DNA of 64,000 nt, taken from Octopus vulgaris. Its lineage: Eukaryota. Position numbers and translations under genes: made by a program. The stretch is from positions 42,532,001-42,596,000 of the forward strand of contig OX597838.1 of assembly GCA_951406725.2 (NCBI GenBank), given 5' to 3'. The notes below the pieces were generated by a model. It was given only the letters and a program-made list of their open reading frames with translations, made no database searches and had not been told where the DNA came from. This document shows, piece after piece, positions 12,981 through 26,519 of the stretch (position 1 is the stretch's first letter; each line of letters begins with the position of its first letter).

Positions 12981-13364
12981 TGTAAGAAGTACCGAATTTT
13001 ATGCTGTGCATCTTCTTGCTCGATTTAGCTGTCCATGACTGTTGTTCTGGATTACATTGTAGAGTTGTCTCCCTTCAACTGTACCTTCGACTAAATATTT
13101 TGCTATTAATGGCAGACTAGAATCTTTCTTCACTCTTTATGTACTTGTGAAGGACAGAATGCCAGACGAAAGGCCTTTAGTATTTAGTTACATCTTTTTA
13201 GGTTCTGAATTCAAATTCGTCTTGGATTTACATTGCTTTTCGCTCTTCTGCTGTCGGCAAAATAAAACAAATCAATTATACTTAATCAATTGTTCTTCAC
13301 TTCTTGTACCAATCTTACAAATCATTAATATTCTTATCCTTCTTTCTTTCTTTTCCTTCCACAG

Positions 13365-13626
13365 GAAATACCGAAAGCTGCAGCCTCCCGAGTACTCTCC
13401 TCCCTTTGGCTAATGTTCCACCCCTATCACAAAGTCAAACATTACCAAAAAAACATTTGAGGCGGAAACAAGAACTACAGAAAGATAGTCTCTCTGCAGA
13501 CTCATTAATCGCCAGAGGCCAAGGGGTGATGGAGCCATTGTCACAGCCTAAATCAGCTGGGTTGGGTCCAGCTGCTGCTTCTGGCCAGCTTGCTGGTTCG
13601 CCATTATTAGTAAGCAATCAGTCACA
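13365..13626 (+). CDS. Gene 1 exon
   Basis: Long polypyrimidine tract plus cag; phase 1 start (G+GA); GNTESCSLPS...VSNQS; donor CA|gtaagt, phase 2. Confidence 0.85.
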
Positions 13627-13976
13627 GTAAGTTGTTTCTTAGTTTTTTATCTTTAGTCTTTTACTTGTTTCAGTCATTGAACTGCGACCATACTGGAGCA
13701 TCGCCTTGAAAGGTTGTAGTCGAACACATCTACCCCAGTATTTTTAAGTCTGGTACTTTCTTCCACTGACTGCAAAGTTATAGGGACGTAATCAAACCAA
13801 CACCAGTTAACAAGCAGTGTGTGTGTGGTGGAGGAGAACAAACAAACACAAAGACACACACACATACATGCATATATACATACACATACATATGCATGCA
13901 TGCATACATGCATACATACATACATACAAACACAAAGAAACACACACACACACACACATACATACATACATACATA

Positions 13977-14697
13977 TCGGATCATCCCATAAATAATGTG
14001 GTTTTTTATACTTCTCTTATTTTTCAAAATTAAGACAAAGTTCTTTTTTAATCTAAAATATACTCTCCTTCATTTTCTACAATGCTCTTCCATCTATCTC
14101 GTAGGCTTGCAAGGCTCCTCTTCCAAAATTCATTTGTCCGTAATGAAAAATACTCTTCCAGAACTGTTCTTACCTCATCTACAGAATTCATATTTTTTCC
14201 GTCCAAATAATTTTGAAGACTGGAATAAATGATAACCAGATGGGGCAATGTCTGGTGAATATGGAGGGTGGAGCATTGTTTCCCAATCAAACTGCTCCAG
14301 TGTTTGGAATGTCATCCTCACTGTATGTGGCCAAGCATTATCCTGATGGAAGAACACCTTTCGTCTTGAAACCAAAGATGGTCATTTTTCTTCCAGCACT
14401 GACTTAAACCACTCAAGCACCTCACAGTAGATCTCCTTTGTTATCATTTGGTTGGGGTTTTTAAAAGTTCAAATTGGACTAACTCTTTCATATGCCACCA
14501 AACAGATAACAATACCTTACATTGTTCAAGTTCTTCTTTAGCCTGGGGTGCACTCTTCAAAACTTGCACTGAGAATAAGGACAAGATAAAATTACTACTT
14601 GCTTCTATAGCAAGTTGATGCAGGTAGTTTACTCTGTCTCTCTCCAACTTTTAATTCATGCAATTGAAAAGACTGTATTATTTATGGGATGACCCAA
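13977..14697 (-). mobile_element. Internally deleted mariner (D,D34D) transposon
   Basis: TIRs tcggatcatcccataaataat / attatttatgggatgacccaa flanked by TA; transposase motifs SVWW, FHQDNAWPH, HPPYSPDIAPSGYHLF in broken frames. Confidence 0.9.
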
Positions 14698-14706
14698 TAT
14701 ATATAT

Positions 14707-14771
<65 letters not shown>

Positions 14772-15821
14772 CACACACACACACACACATATATATATAA
14801 CCCCATGTTCTCACTGTTGATTTCAATTGATGCTACCAAATCTACATGAATTTATTCTCAAATGGGGCCTCTAAATTCTCTACCTCCCTAGCTAGATATG
14901 CACACCACCTCAAGTCCCAAAATATTCACTATACCTTATCTTGGTCTGTACTTTGTGGGGCTTCCCCATACAGTACTAACCACCATGTTTGCAAGTTGTA
15001 GTGCAGGGAATTGTTTGCATTCCTTCACCATCAGAATACTTCATTACTCAATAATAATCTCATGTAAACATAAAGCTTATTCCTCTTTTACCCATTACAT
15101 AAAGTTCTTGTGATTTCTCCAAATTGTGATTAAACCCTTACTTACTACTATGCTAGCTGCATCTTCTTTCTCTATTCTCTTGGTACCATTCTCCCTATCT
15201 CAGCATATCTTCCCCCCTGTTACCCCCACCCCTATTCATTGCTCACCTCATCCTGTCTCTCTATATAGCCTGGTACCATCCTGAATTCATTTAAAGTCTA
15301 CTTAGTGAGATTCCCAACCACCAGAGGTGCTTCCTTCTTGATGAAGGGAACTGGACTTATGATAATAGCTCTGTGTGACTGTTTACTGGATGCATACCCA
15401 AGGTTTTTTACTCATTTCATCTACAAATTATAAACATTATGATTATTACATAAATCCAAGCTTCCTGAAAAGCTATTGAATCAAGAAATTATGTATTCTT
15501 TTAGTAGTCTATATTTTTTTATATGATATTCTTTATTAAATATAGTATTCTATATTTATCTCCATAAATATATTTTTGTGCGTGGGGTGGGGGTTATCCT
15601 TCTGAATATATGTAGATTGTGTGTGAGGGGGGTGGTGATATGTTGGATATAAAGTGTGGTGAAGAGTGTAGTGAATATTTTAGTGTGGTTATTGTGTAAT
15701 GTTGATCATAAAGTATGATGGAAACTATAGAGAGAATGATTTTTCTTTCAGCATTTCAGAAATATTAACAGAGTCATCAGGGATGAAATATTCTTGACAT
15801 CAGTTTCTTTTCTATCTTTAG

Positions 15822-16242
15822 TACAAGACCTGACCATTCTGAGAACTACAATCCACAGCAGGCAGCTGTGAACAGTCATACATATTCACGCTTTGGTTCC
15901 ACTTCTCAAAAAGGAAACAGAATTCTTCAATCAGCAGACAATAAATTTCAGGACAACAAGTTTGTCAGTGAGAAACATCTACAGAAACTTCCAGATTCTT
16001 CTGTCCCTACAACTGGGAAAAGAGTTGCTCCAGCTGACAGTAAACATGGGATAAATTTCTCAAACTCATTAGTGGCAACATCTGCACAACCAGCAGAGAG
16101 TGATATGGATGAGGGGAGTACAGCCAAGCCATCATTAAACCAGCCCCAAGAAAAAAAGGTGAAATGGCTGTCTTCATATCCAAACAGTTGCGCTCCAGCT
16201 AAAAAACAACAAAAGCTTGCATCACCACTCGCTTTCAACCAT
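15822..16242 (+). CDS. Gene 1 exon
   Basis: Acceptor ttttctatctttag; phase 2 start (CA+T) in frame with ORF 15868..16272; donor CAT|gtaagt, phase 0. Confidence 0.85.
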
Positions 16243-16970
16243 GTAAGTATTTCATATATTCTTTACAATTAGCCAAGCACTGAAATGACCAGAATTACTG
16301 TGAGATGGACTAAATACCCTATGGTACTTAATTTTGTCCGTCAGGATTTTGAGTGGAATTCATGCCAGAATCAACTCTTCCAGAGTTAATTATTAAATAA
16401 TTAGACATGTGCCTTGATTATATAAATTTACTTGGGTACCGAGTATGAAAACTTCAGATTTATTTTGCATTTATGGGGTACGTCATCCTGTTGCACATTA
16501 TATATCTGTTTCTAAGCTATAATCATTGAAAGATGTGGAGGAAATTTGAAATAGGGTTTGTGATATTCATACACTTCATTATTAAGTTAATTTTTAAACA
16601 AGAGAAAAAGACTAAAACACACTGTACAAATGCATCTATAGTCCCCGCCCCCTTTGAATCTCCTTTTGTTCTTATGCTTGTATAAAATTTTCCACTGAAC
16701 TCCCACCAACCCAGGGGTAGTACCACCCAATATGAGAAATACTCATCTACATCAATATTATATTACTTGGAGTGGATGCATTCTTGTTAAATCTATTACA
16801 AACCATTTTCTCCACAGATCAATAGAACCATTCATCCATTGATAAGTATATTAAACAAAAAAATCCCCATCAATGTAGCCTATTAATTATGTTAATGACT
16901 AAACTATAAACATACATTTATGGTTCTCTTTAACATTCACTGTTTCTTTGTGGCTTTTTTTAATTCCTAG

Positions 16971-17036
16971 GGCGAGCCTGAAATCATAGAAAGCAAGCCT
17001 CCACTTTCACAACCTCGAAGAACATTTCGAAAATAG
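16971..17036 (+). CDS. Gene 1 probable last coding exon
   Basis: Acceptor tttttttaattcctag; phase 0 GEPEIIESKPPLSQPRRTFRK then TAG at 17034-17036. Confidence 0.7.
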   Translation, partial: GEPEIIESKPPLSQPRRTFRK

Positions 17037-17683
17037 CCAGAGAAATTGTCCAGACCAAGGGAAATGCAGGCAGGAATGAAGTAAAAATTATTGCATACAT
17101 CTTTATAATATGTCTATAGTTCTGAGATGAATTGTTATGAATACAATTAAGATGGATTGACTCCTTTTCAGAGTGTATATTTAAAATATTTACATTTAAT
17201 ATATAATATTAATATTGATATTCTTTCATAAGCCATCAAGCAGCCAGAATCATTAATGTGCCGGGCAAAATGCTTCGTGGTGTTTCATCTGACTTCAAGT
17301 CCTGAGTTCAAATGCTGCCAGGGTCAACTTTGCCTTTCATCCTTTTGTGGTTGATAAAATAAGTAGCAGTTATGCACTGGTGTCAATGTAATTGACTTAC
17401 TCCTTTCCTGCAAAATTGCTGGCCTTGTGGCAAAATTTGAAATGAATATTTACATTTATTAAAATTTAATATAAAAATATTTGCTTTTACTCTACACTTT
17501 TGATCACTTTCATCCCTAATTGTCATTAGATGTGTTATTCTGGGATGTCTACACCAAGTCCAGTTCTGGATATAAGCCATCCAGGAACAAGATGGTTGAC
17601 TGCAGTGTGGTGTAAATATTGTAAGCATTCACTCAAACATTAAGCACAGTAATAATTCTATAAGTTAAAACATATACATACAC

Positions 17684-18080
17684 TCTTTTACTTGTTTCAG
17701 TCATTTGACTGTGGCCATACTGGAGCACTGCCTTTAGTCGAGAAATCGACCCCAGGACTTATTCTTTGTAAGCCTAGTACTTATTCTATCAGTGCCTTTT
17801 GCTGAACCACTAAGTTATGGGGACGTAAATACACCAACATCAGTTGTCAAGCGATGGAAGGGAAACAAACACAGACACAAAGACACACACACATAAATAT
17901 ATGTATATATATATATATATATACACAACAGGTTTCTTTCAGTTTCCGTCTACCAAATCCACTTACAAGGCTTTGGTCAGCCCATGTCTATAGTAGAAGA
18001 CACTTGCCTAAGGTACCACGCAGTGGGACTGAACCCAGAAACATTTGGTCGGGAAGCAAGCTTCTTACTATACAGCCACT
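17684..18080 (-). mobile_element. tRNA-derived SINE, near full length
   Basis: Reverse complement of the 866/7357 family. Confidence 0.8.
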
Positions 18081-18083
18081 TCG

Positions 18084-18141
<58 letters not shown>

Positions 18142-18470
18142 CAGCAATAAGACAATGGAGGGGATCAAGTGGTGGTAGTCATCAACTTTTAGACATTATG
18201 TTATGTCTATTTATTTATTTTTTAAAAACCATTATAACAATATACATACATGTATAACATATTATGCTTTACATATATAATATATAAAAGTATAAAAATA
18301 CCAGTAATTATTAAAATATATAACGTAAAGCATAGGAAGTAGAATACTACTTCCTATGTTTATACATATATGTATATTGTTATAATGGTTTTTAAAAATA
18401 AATAGACGTAACATAATGTCTAAAACCTGATGAATACCAGCTCTTGATCCCCTCCATTTTCTTATTGCTG
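18142..18470. mobile_element. Foldback element / MITE with about 120-bp inverted arms
   Basis: cagcaataagacaatggaggggatcaag... versus ...cttgatcccctccattttcttattgctg; follows (TA)n and ends before TA. Confidence 0.75.
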
Positions 18471-18545
18471 TATATGAAATGACATGCACAGAAATATAGA
18501 TGCTGTACAACTAAACGAGCTGTCAACAGCTGTCCAACAAACTTA

Positions 18546-18583
<38 letters not shown>

Positions 18584-18821
18584 TGCGTGCGTGTGTGAAT
18601 GTTGCTATTGGTGAAACCTTAGCACAGTATGCATATTTTTTGAGACATTTGTCAATTAGGGGCCATGTACTTCTGTTAAACTGATTGCATTGAGGTGAGG
18701 AATTACGTTAAAGAATTAACGAGTTTCTTTCTGTTAATCCTGGCTAATGAAGAAGTAAAATTATCCATGCAAATTTAACTTATTTGAAGATTTCTAAAGA
18801 ACTTTCAAAGTATTCATTAAC

Positions 18822-19135
18822 TGGCATTCCATTGGTTACGACAACGTGGGTTCCAGTTGATCCATTCAATGGAACAGCCAGCTCATGAAATTAATCTGCA
18901 AGTGGCTGAGTACTCCACAGACACAAATACCTTTAATGTAGTTCTCAGGGAGATCCAGCATAACACTGAATGTGACAAGCCTGGCCCCTTTGAAATACAG
19001 GTACAACTCATTTTTTTTCCAGCAGACTGGATCAAAGAGAAATAAAGTATCTTACCCAAGGACACGATGCACCACTGGGAATTGAACCTATGACTTTATG
19101 ATCATGAATCAAATACCCGAACCACCAAGCCACAA
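18822..19135 (-). mobile_element. SINE (third family)
   Basis: Minus-strand tRNA-like head (gttcaattcc) and gtgtccttgggtaagatact body; related copies near 24120-24345 and 42630-42830. Confidence 0.6.
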
Positions 19136-20399
19136 GCTTTTTGCAAAGTACTAATTAAATCCATCCTACTTCCATCTGACTGGGTGACAATCAGACCCTT
19201 GTCTCTGTATGAATCTAAATCTATAAAATCAAATTTTGAATTGTAGGTTGTCCAAAAGAATCAACCTTTTAGCAGTCGATGGGACATTGGAAGCCTCTCA
19301 GCCGTTACACTCTACTCAAAAAGAGTCAGTGTCAGATTGAATTATCCAGCATGCATAACAGCATCTGTGTCCAAAGTAGTGCAGACGGCTTATTTTCAGC
19401 TGAAGTGTAAGGCTTTCATTAAAAGGGTTTCAGTAATAGAAGGGTTGAATTTCAACAATGCCTAATTGTGTGAATTTAGAGTTGTGTTTGTTATGTAAAT
19501 TGTGAAACCAGTCTCCAAGCGAAGAACTGATGTTCCAGAGAGGAAGGTCAGTTTCTTTGTACTTTGCTAACTCTCCACGTTCACTTTTAGAAAGAATTAT
19601 GAACCAGACTTTAGGTTCAGCTAACGAGTTAGATTTATGATCTTTTAAAGTAATGTAGAAGGGTGTCCAGTAAATAAACAGTCATTTCTATCATCTTTTC
19701 TTCCTTCTTTGCTTCCTTATTAATAAGACTGTAAGTGTTAGGATTAGCTCTCTAATAAGTCCTTTTTTTAATATTACTTGACAGGAGTTGTTTACACAAG
19801 TCCTTCTTATCTTCATAAATGTTTTTCATGCGACTGACTAATTAGAATTACAGAAATGCTTCAAATAATTAATTAAGATGTCTTGGAAGGTGTTAAAATA
19901 TTTTCTAAATTTTACTTTCTTCATAATATTTAGGAAGGTGAATTCTTGTACTTTAATTTGCTACAAACATTTTCTTATTCTGAATCCAGCAAATTCTTCA
20001 TATCATTGCTATTATGTTCAGCTCACGTATGTCCAAATTTGGTCAAATGTGTTTTTTTCAATATTTAATTTTGCTTGCAATAGCTGGTTCTTTTGGTCAA
20101 ACTATCGTATCTCCAGATGAAAATTGCCAAAGTGTAGTACAACAGTTTAGCATTTTCCTAAAGTGAAGTAAGTCCCACAAATGATAGTTTTGCAAAAATA
20201 TTTCTGACTGAAAATATCATACATTCATGGAGTTACAATTTTATGCACCCAACAAAATATTATTGTTAAGCTGAAACTGTTGCTAATGTAAAAAGAAATG
20301 CAATGGTGATACTATTTCCTGAAAAACCAACATTTTGGACTTACACTTTGGCGTAATAACAATGATATCACCTTTCTTAAAGAATATTTTCCAAGTTTG

Positions 20400-22880
20400 A
20401 AGATTGCCTCACAAAAATTAAAGAAATCCTCATAAAACAGGAACAGCATGAGAGCGTATTTCTTATGGGTAATTTCAACTTCCCCAATGTCAAACGGCCT
20501 GAAGGCCTCATGATCTCAGAAATGACTCATTGCAAACAAGCACAGGTGGAGTCCCTGCTCAACCTCACCAATGCCCTATTCATGGAGCAAGTTGTACTCA
20601 GACCAACTAGGGTGAATAACATTTTGGATCTCTGCTTCACAAACAATATGGACATCGTTCATGATGTGAAAGTGACGCCGACATTAGTCTCGGATCACAA
20701 CATAATAGAGCTGTCTATGTTTGGGCCAAAAGTAACCAGAGACATACAGCCTAAAGGAAGCACCCAAAATCTCTCTAATCTGAACTTCCACAAAGCAGAC
20801 TGGAAATCGATCCAAAAAGAGACTGGCTAAAATGTCTCTCCACACCAGACATTGGCATGAAACTAGAATATTTCATGTCTGTTATGCAAACCACATGTCA
20901 GAAATATGTCCCAGAACACAAGGCCAACACGAAAAGGAACAAGATTCCAAGGGAGAGGAAGATCCTCATGAGATGACCAAATTTGCAAATCGCCTCAACC
21001 AACATTCCAAAAGTAGCAAAAGGTCCTGCCTAAAAACAACACTGATGGAGATTGAAAAAAGGCTGCAACAATCCTATATGAGAGAGAGAGCAGACAAAGG
21101 AGCCTGGGTTATAAAAAACATTAAATCAAACCCAAAGGCCTTCTTTCATTATGCAAAAGAAACAGCCTCAGTACACTGCAAGATAGGACCCCTCTTCCAA
21201 AAGGATGGTTCCCTCACAGATAGTCCAACCAAGATCAGTGAGGTACTGAATGACCAGTTCAAAAGTGTCTTTACCACCGTGTTGGAACACAGACAAGTAA
21301 ACAAACCAGTGGATTCCGTTGCCGCCTCACCTATAACCAGTGAGGCAGTTTCAATGGAATACATTGACATTAGCGAAGAGGACATACTACTAGCCATAGA
21401 CGCAAACTCAAATGCTGGTCTTGATAGTTTCTCAGCAGTCATCTTCAAATCGTGTAAGGCCTATCTCTCTGACTTCACACATCAGCAAAGTCATGGAACA
21501 GATAGTCAGATGGAAACTAATTGCATTTCTTGAAGAAAATAACTTGCTGAGTGATACCCAGCATGGCTTTCGACCAGGTAGGAGCTGCCTGACCCAGCTC
21601 TTACAACATTATGACTGGGTGTTGAGGTAGTTATTCAACAATTCAAATGTGGATGTAATATACCTTGATTTTGCAAAAGCTTTTGATAAAGTGGATCATG
21701 GTATGATATGCCACAAACTGCATCATCTCAGCATAGCTGGAAAACCTGGAGAGTGGTTACATGACTTTCTGAAAAATAGTGGCCAATATAGACACCTCAA
21801 TGGAAACACAAATAGTGAGTGATGTTCCACAGGGCACAGTCTTGGGATCACTGCTTTTCATAGTGACCCTCTCAGATATGCCCTCAACTGCCTGGATAGC
21901 CACCCTTGCTAGCTACGCAGATGATACAAAAGTCTCGCAGAAAATACAGAACCCCAGCGATGTTGCACATCTGCAGCAGGAGTTGGACTCAATTTACAGA
22001 GGGGCTGAGCATAATAATATGCAGTTTAATGCTGAAAAATTCCAATCCCTGCACTACCAGCATACAGAACTGAATATGAAACTTACAGGGTACACTGGTC
22101 CACAGTGGATTACAATCCCAGAGCCCAAATCACTGAGGGACCTGGGTATCGACATGAGTGATAATACTTCTTTCCAAGTGCACATTACCAGGATGTCAAC
22201 AAAGTGAAGACAACTGGCTGGATGGATCCTGAGAACATTCAGAACCAGAGAAAAGGAAAACCATGATGGTCCTCTGGAGGATATTCGTCCTCAGCCACCT
22301 GGATTACTGCTCTCAGCTATGGTCACCCAACAGTGTAAAATTAACAGTGGACCTTGAAGCAATCCAGAGAAGATTCACAAAGAAGATTGTCTCATTGTAA
22401 CAGCTTAGCTACTGGGAAAGGTTGAAACAGCTAAGACTCTACTCCCTCGAGTGAAGGCAGGAGAGGTATGCAGTAATATATATCTGGAACGAATTGTGCC
22501 AAATTTTGACATTGAAAGCTACGCAAATGTCAGAACGGGACGACACTGCATAGTGCCAAAGATCCCAGCAATGCCATCGCGCTTCAGGACCAGTTACTGC
22601 AACAGCCTGGGTTTCAGGGGCCCACAGCTTTTTAATATTCTCCCAAAGAGCTTGAGGAACCTGTACAAAATGGATGTAGGCATTTTCAAATCAAAACTGG
22701 ACCTCTTCCCGTCAAGAGTCCCAGATAAACCTATCTCACAGCAACAGGTGCAAATGAGGGTAGCGACATCAAACTCCAATCTTCACCAAGTGCCAGATAT
22801 TAGAGGAGGTTCTCAGTAATAATAGTGTAGCAAAACAGCGGTGCCCCAGCATGACCACAGCTCTGAACTGAAACTACAAA
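20400..22880 (+). mobile_element. 5'-truncated CR1-group LINE ORF2 (APE + RT), disrupted
   Basis: GNFNFP, PTRVNNILDLCFTN, SDHN (APE); QHGFRPGRSCLTQLL, YLDFAKAFDKVDH, VPQGTVLGSLLF, YADDTK (RT); stops and frameshifts; 3' end gtgccccagcatgaccacag. Confidence 0.92.
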
Positions 22881-22948
22881 ATATATATATATAGATAGAT
22901 TACATATCTCTCTCTCTCTCTTTCTATATATATATACATACATACATT

Positions 22949-23409
22949 GAAGTAACAAGAGTGACAGAGGGTACTGACTAGAACCGCTTTTGCTAAAAAT
23001 AATAGTTAAAACAACTCAAAATCCTCAAAGCACTATCTTAATGACTGACAAAGGGAGGTAAATCCCCAGTCTACATGGATCGTGATTTTGGTTTTTGATG
23101 TAGACCATTTCAATTCTCATCAGTGACTCTTAGCACCTAGGGTTAAACTCAACAATCTCCATCAGTTTTATAAGAAACCGTTGAAAATGTGCTGATTTTC
23201 AAAATGGCAAAAGTGTAAAGAACAAATTAGAAGGGTGGCTTATTAGCAATTAGAACCTAATGGCAAAATTAATTGAGGTCACTTTTGAGTTGTTTTAACC
23301 CTTATTTTTAGTAAAAGCGATGCTGGTCAGTATCCTCTGTCACTTTTGTGACCTCTGTCAATTTTGCCTTTAGATTGTAATTGCTAATAAGCCACCCTTT
23401 TAATCTGTT
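22949..23409. repeat. TA-flanked cassette with two interleaved inverted-repeat pairs (A-M-B-A'-B')
   Basis: A 22949-23021 versus 23283-23355; B 23221-23282 versus 23348-23409. Confidence 0.8.
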
Positions 23410-23758
23410 ATATATATATATGTATGTATATATGTGGATATATGTCTTGATGTGTATGTGTGTGTGTGTGTGTGTCAAATTTTTACCATGTCCTTTTGCA
23501 ACGTTCATAAAGCATAAATAATTTGCAAGAGTTGTGCTGTTATATATAGGTCAGTGATATCTGACTCTGACAGTACCAGGCTACTTGGTATTAGTGTTGT
23601 ACTGTAAGCACACAACAACTACTTAAAGTAAAAGCTTTCTTCTCTTCCCTGTACTTAGTCACTTACAGTAGTTACAAGTCACTACAGGTTGTGAAGAGAA
23701 ATCCTCCAGTGTAGAGGTAGCCAACATTCATTTACTGTTGCACTGTTCTAGGTGATGG

Positions 23759-23819
<61 letters not shown>

Positions 23820-24384
23820 ATGCTATCATTATCATTTAATGTTCACTTTTTCGTGCTTGCCTGGGTTGGACAGAGTTTGTTGAGGCAGATTTTCAGTAGC
23901 TGAATGCCTTTCCTGTTACCAACCCTCACCTGCTGTTTCTAAGCAAGGTAAGATTTTTCCATGTTTTCACAGAACAGTGGAAATGAATGACTTCCGTTTA
24001 CATAAAACATTGCACAATATCAGGACAAAGGGACATAAACATATATATACTCTCACATCATCACACACACATACATACATATATATACATATATATATAT
24101 GCCAAAAAGGATTGAAGACCCTTCCCATGGCATAAGCTCATAAAGCCAGTTTCCCGGACACTGTGGTGTATCTATTTACCCACCCGGATGGCACACCAAT
24201 CTCTCATAAGAATGGCTCGTTTTTGCCAGCTGAGTGGATTGAAGCAGCATAAAAGGAAGAGTTTTGTTCCAGAGCACAATGCATTACCAGGTTCCAAATC
24301 AAAATAACAACCTTGTAATCAGGAGTCCAACACCCTAAACCCTCTGCTATGTATCTCCAAATATATGTTATGTACATTATATAT

Positions 24385-24587
24385 GGCATGGTGCTGAAAA
24401 GTTCCTGGCTTTAAGGGTATCGCAAAAGGCCTGATTGGAGACCCACCCTTCCAAGTTCTTTTATAGGGCATAGAAAAACTGAAGGACCCCTGCAAAAAGC
24501 GTGTGAATCTGAGAGGGGAATACATTGGCTAAAATCCTCTTGTATTTTCTTTTACCCACGGCCAGAAACTTTTCTGCACATGCTTGT
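24385..24587. mobile_element. Mariner-derived MITE (related fragment at 42226-42370)
   Basis: gtgctgaaaagttcctggc / gccagaaacttttctgcac inverted ends. Confidence 0.65.
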
Positions 24588-25175
24588 ATATTCTATGGTC
24601 AGGTGTGAATCTAGCTCATTCACCTGTTACAGTCCTCTACCTCAGTATGAGCCAACACTGACATTTCTATGTTGGTTTATTTCTCTGGTTTTATAGGTCA
24701 ACGTTTGTTATGTGTCATGTTATTTTTTCCTTCTATTTCACACAAAACTGATACAAAATTTCATAATTGCAAATGTGATAAGGGATGTAACTTGAAAACT
24801 TGCACAAACCCTCACCAAACACTCACAAGCACACACGCACACATTTACAGTCAGGTTGCACTATATGTTTGTATATATATGTGTGTGCACTCGTGTGTAT
24901 GCACACTCAGGTTGCACAATATGTGTGTGCGTGTGTGTAGGTACATATGTATGTACTTACGTTGCACTATACATTTCCTAAGTAATTAAATAAATTTGTT
25001 AATTATGGAATATGATGTAAATTTTGAATAATATTGATTAATAAATATTTCACTACAATTAATGTTATAGTTTTTGCTTTGTTCAAGATTAACTCAAGCT
25101 GAGCAGACATATGATTGAGTATATTCCAGCCATGACCATCTCATCTGCTTTGGGCAGGGGGTGGGGTTGTTTTCA

Positions 25176-25476
25176 GAGGGGTTGGGGTGGGGAATTTCAG
25201 AAATTTCACTGGAGTCCACTTCAATTCGTCTTAACTTTCAAGAAAATGGATTTTTTTTTATGAAATTCTCTACAAATATATCTGGGACTATGTAGATTCC
25301 GAGGACGTAGGAATGTTGGGGCTATTTTTGAGAACTGTTCCCTTTGCAGGTGTTTCTCAACAACTCCATATTTGTTTCATTTTTTTTTTCTCCATTTTGT
25401 TCGTTTGTGCATCCATAGATTTCTACCACACACACACACACACACACACGATTACCTACTTTAGAGACTATTGTAT
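25176..25476. repeat. About 300-bp inverted duplicate of 28305-28613
   Basis: Near-identical reverse complement including the internal (CA)n. Confidence 0.9.
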
Positions 25477-26519
25477 CTAGAACTAGATTATCCGCTGTGA
25501 CTTCAGAAAGATTTCACTGCTATTTTTAACAGTGTGATTGTCCAGGTTCTTGAATGACACAGAAGGTAACAGAACTCACCGACACACATGCATGTATGTA
25601 TATCTAAATACACATCATCGTTGTCGTCATTTAAAGTCCTTTTTTTCCATGCAGGCATGGGTTAGATGGTTCAACAGGATCCAACAAGCCAGAGAACTGC
25701 ATCGTGCTCCAAAGTCTGCTTTGACAGGATTGCCAAAGCTAGATGCCCTTCCTAACCCCAGCTGCTTTACAATGTGTACTGGGTGTTTTTCCTTTTAGGC
25801 CGCCTGCACTTACAAGACTATGAAACCTGAAACTCAATAGATATTTCACATCTAACCAGGAAATATTCTTCCTCACACAGAGCCTGAGTAAATATTCTTC
25901 TTCTTCATACGAACAGTATCGGATCAATATATTTGTGGTTTGTTTTTTAAATATGGTTCACCTATGGTTATAATCTGAAATTTTGATTAGAATTCAGCTG
26001 AAGTTCAGTATTTTATGAATCTTAGTGCCACAAATTTGTCACCAAAATCTGATAAGAAAAACAGAAAGGTAATTCAGATATATTGCCAGGTGTTATTTAA
26101 TAAAATTGCACTCCACAACCATTTCTGTTTATTGAGAGTCATTTGGGTATATAGCTGGTTTGGTATCACCAATTTAACATTGTCACTGATTTGGTACCAA
26201 ACCCATTTGCTATTGGATGCTTTGGCTCCTTTAAAATTTACTTTTATTCAACATATTCTGTGTGTTTCTTTATCTGTAGGTGAATAGTTGAATTTATTTT
26301 AATTCATTCATATCAATAGAAAATTTGTCTCAATGAATTCCATCTGACCCATGCTGGCATGGAAAAGTGGATGTTAAAACACTGATGACAATGATAACAA
26401 CTGCGTTAAAAAAATATTGATGAGGATGATGATGATTAATGTTTCTCTCTCTCTCTCTCTCTTTATATGTTTTCATGTGTGTATGTTTGTGTCTTTCTTG
26501 AGTACCAATGTGTCTAACA

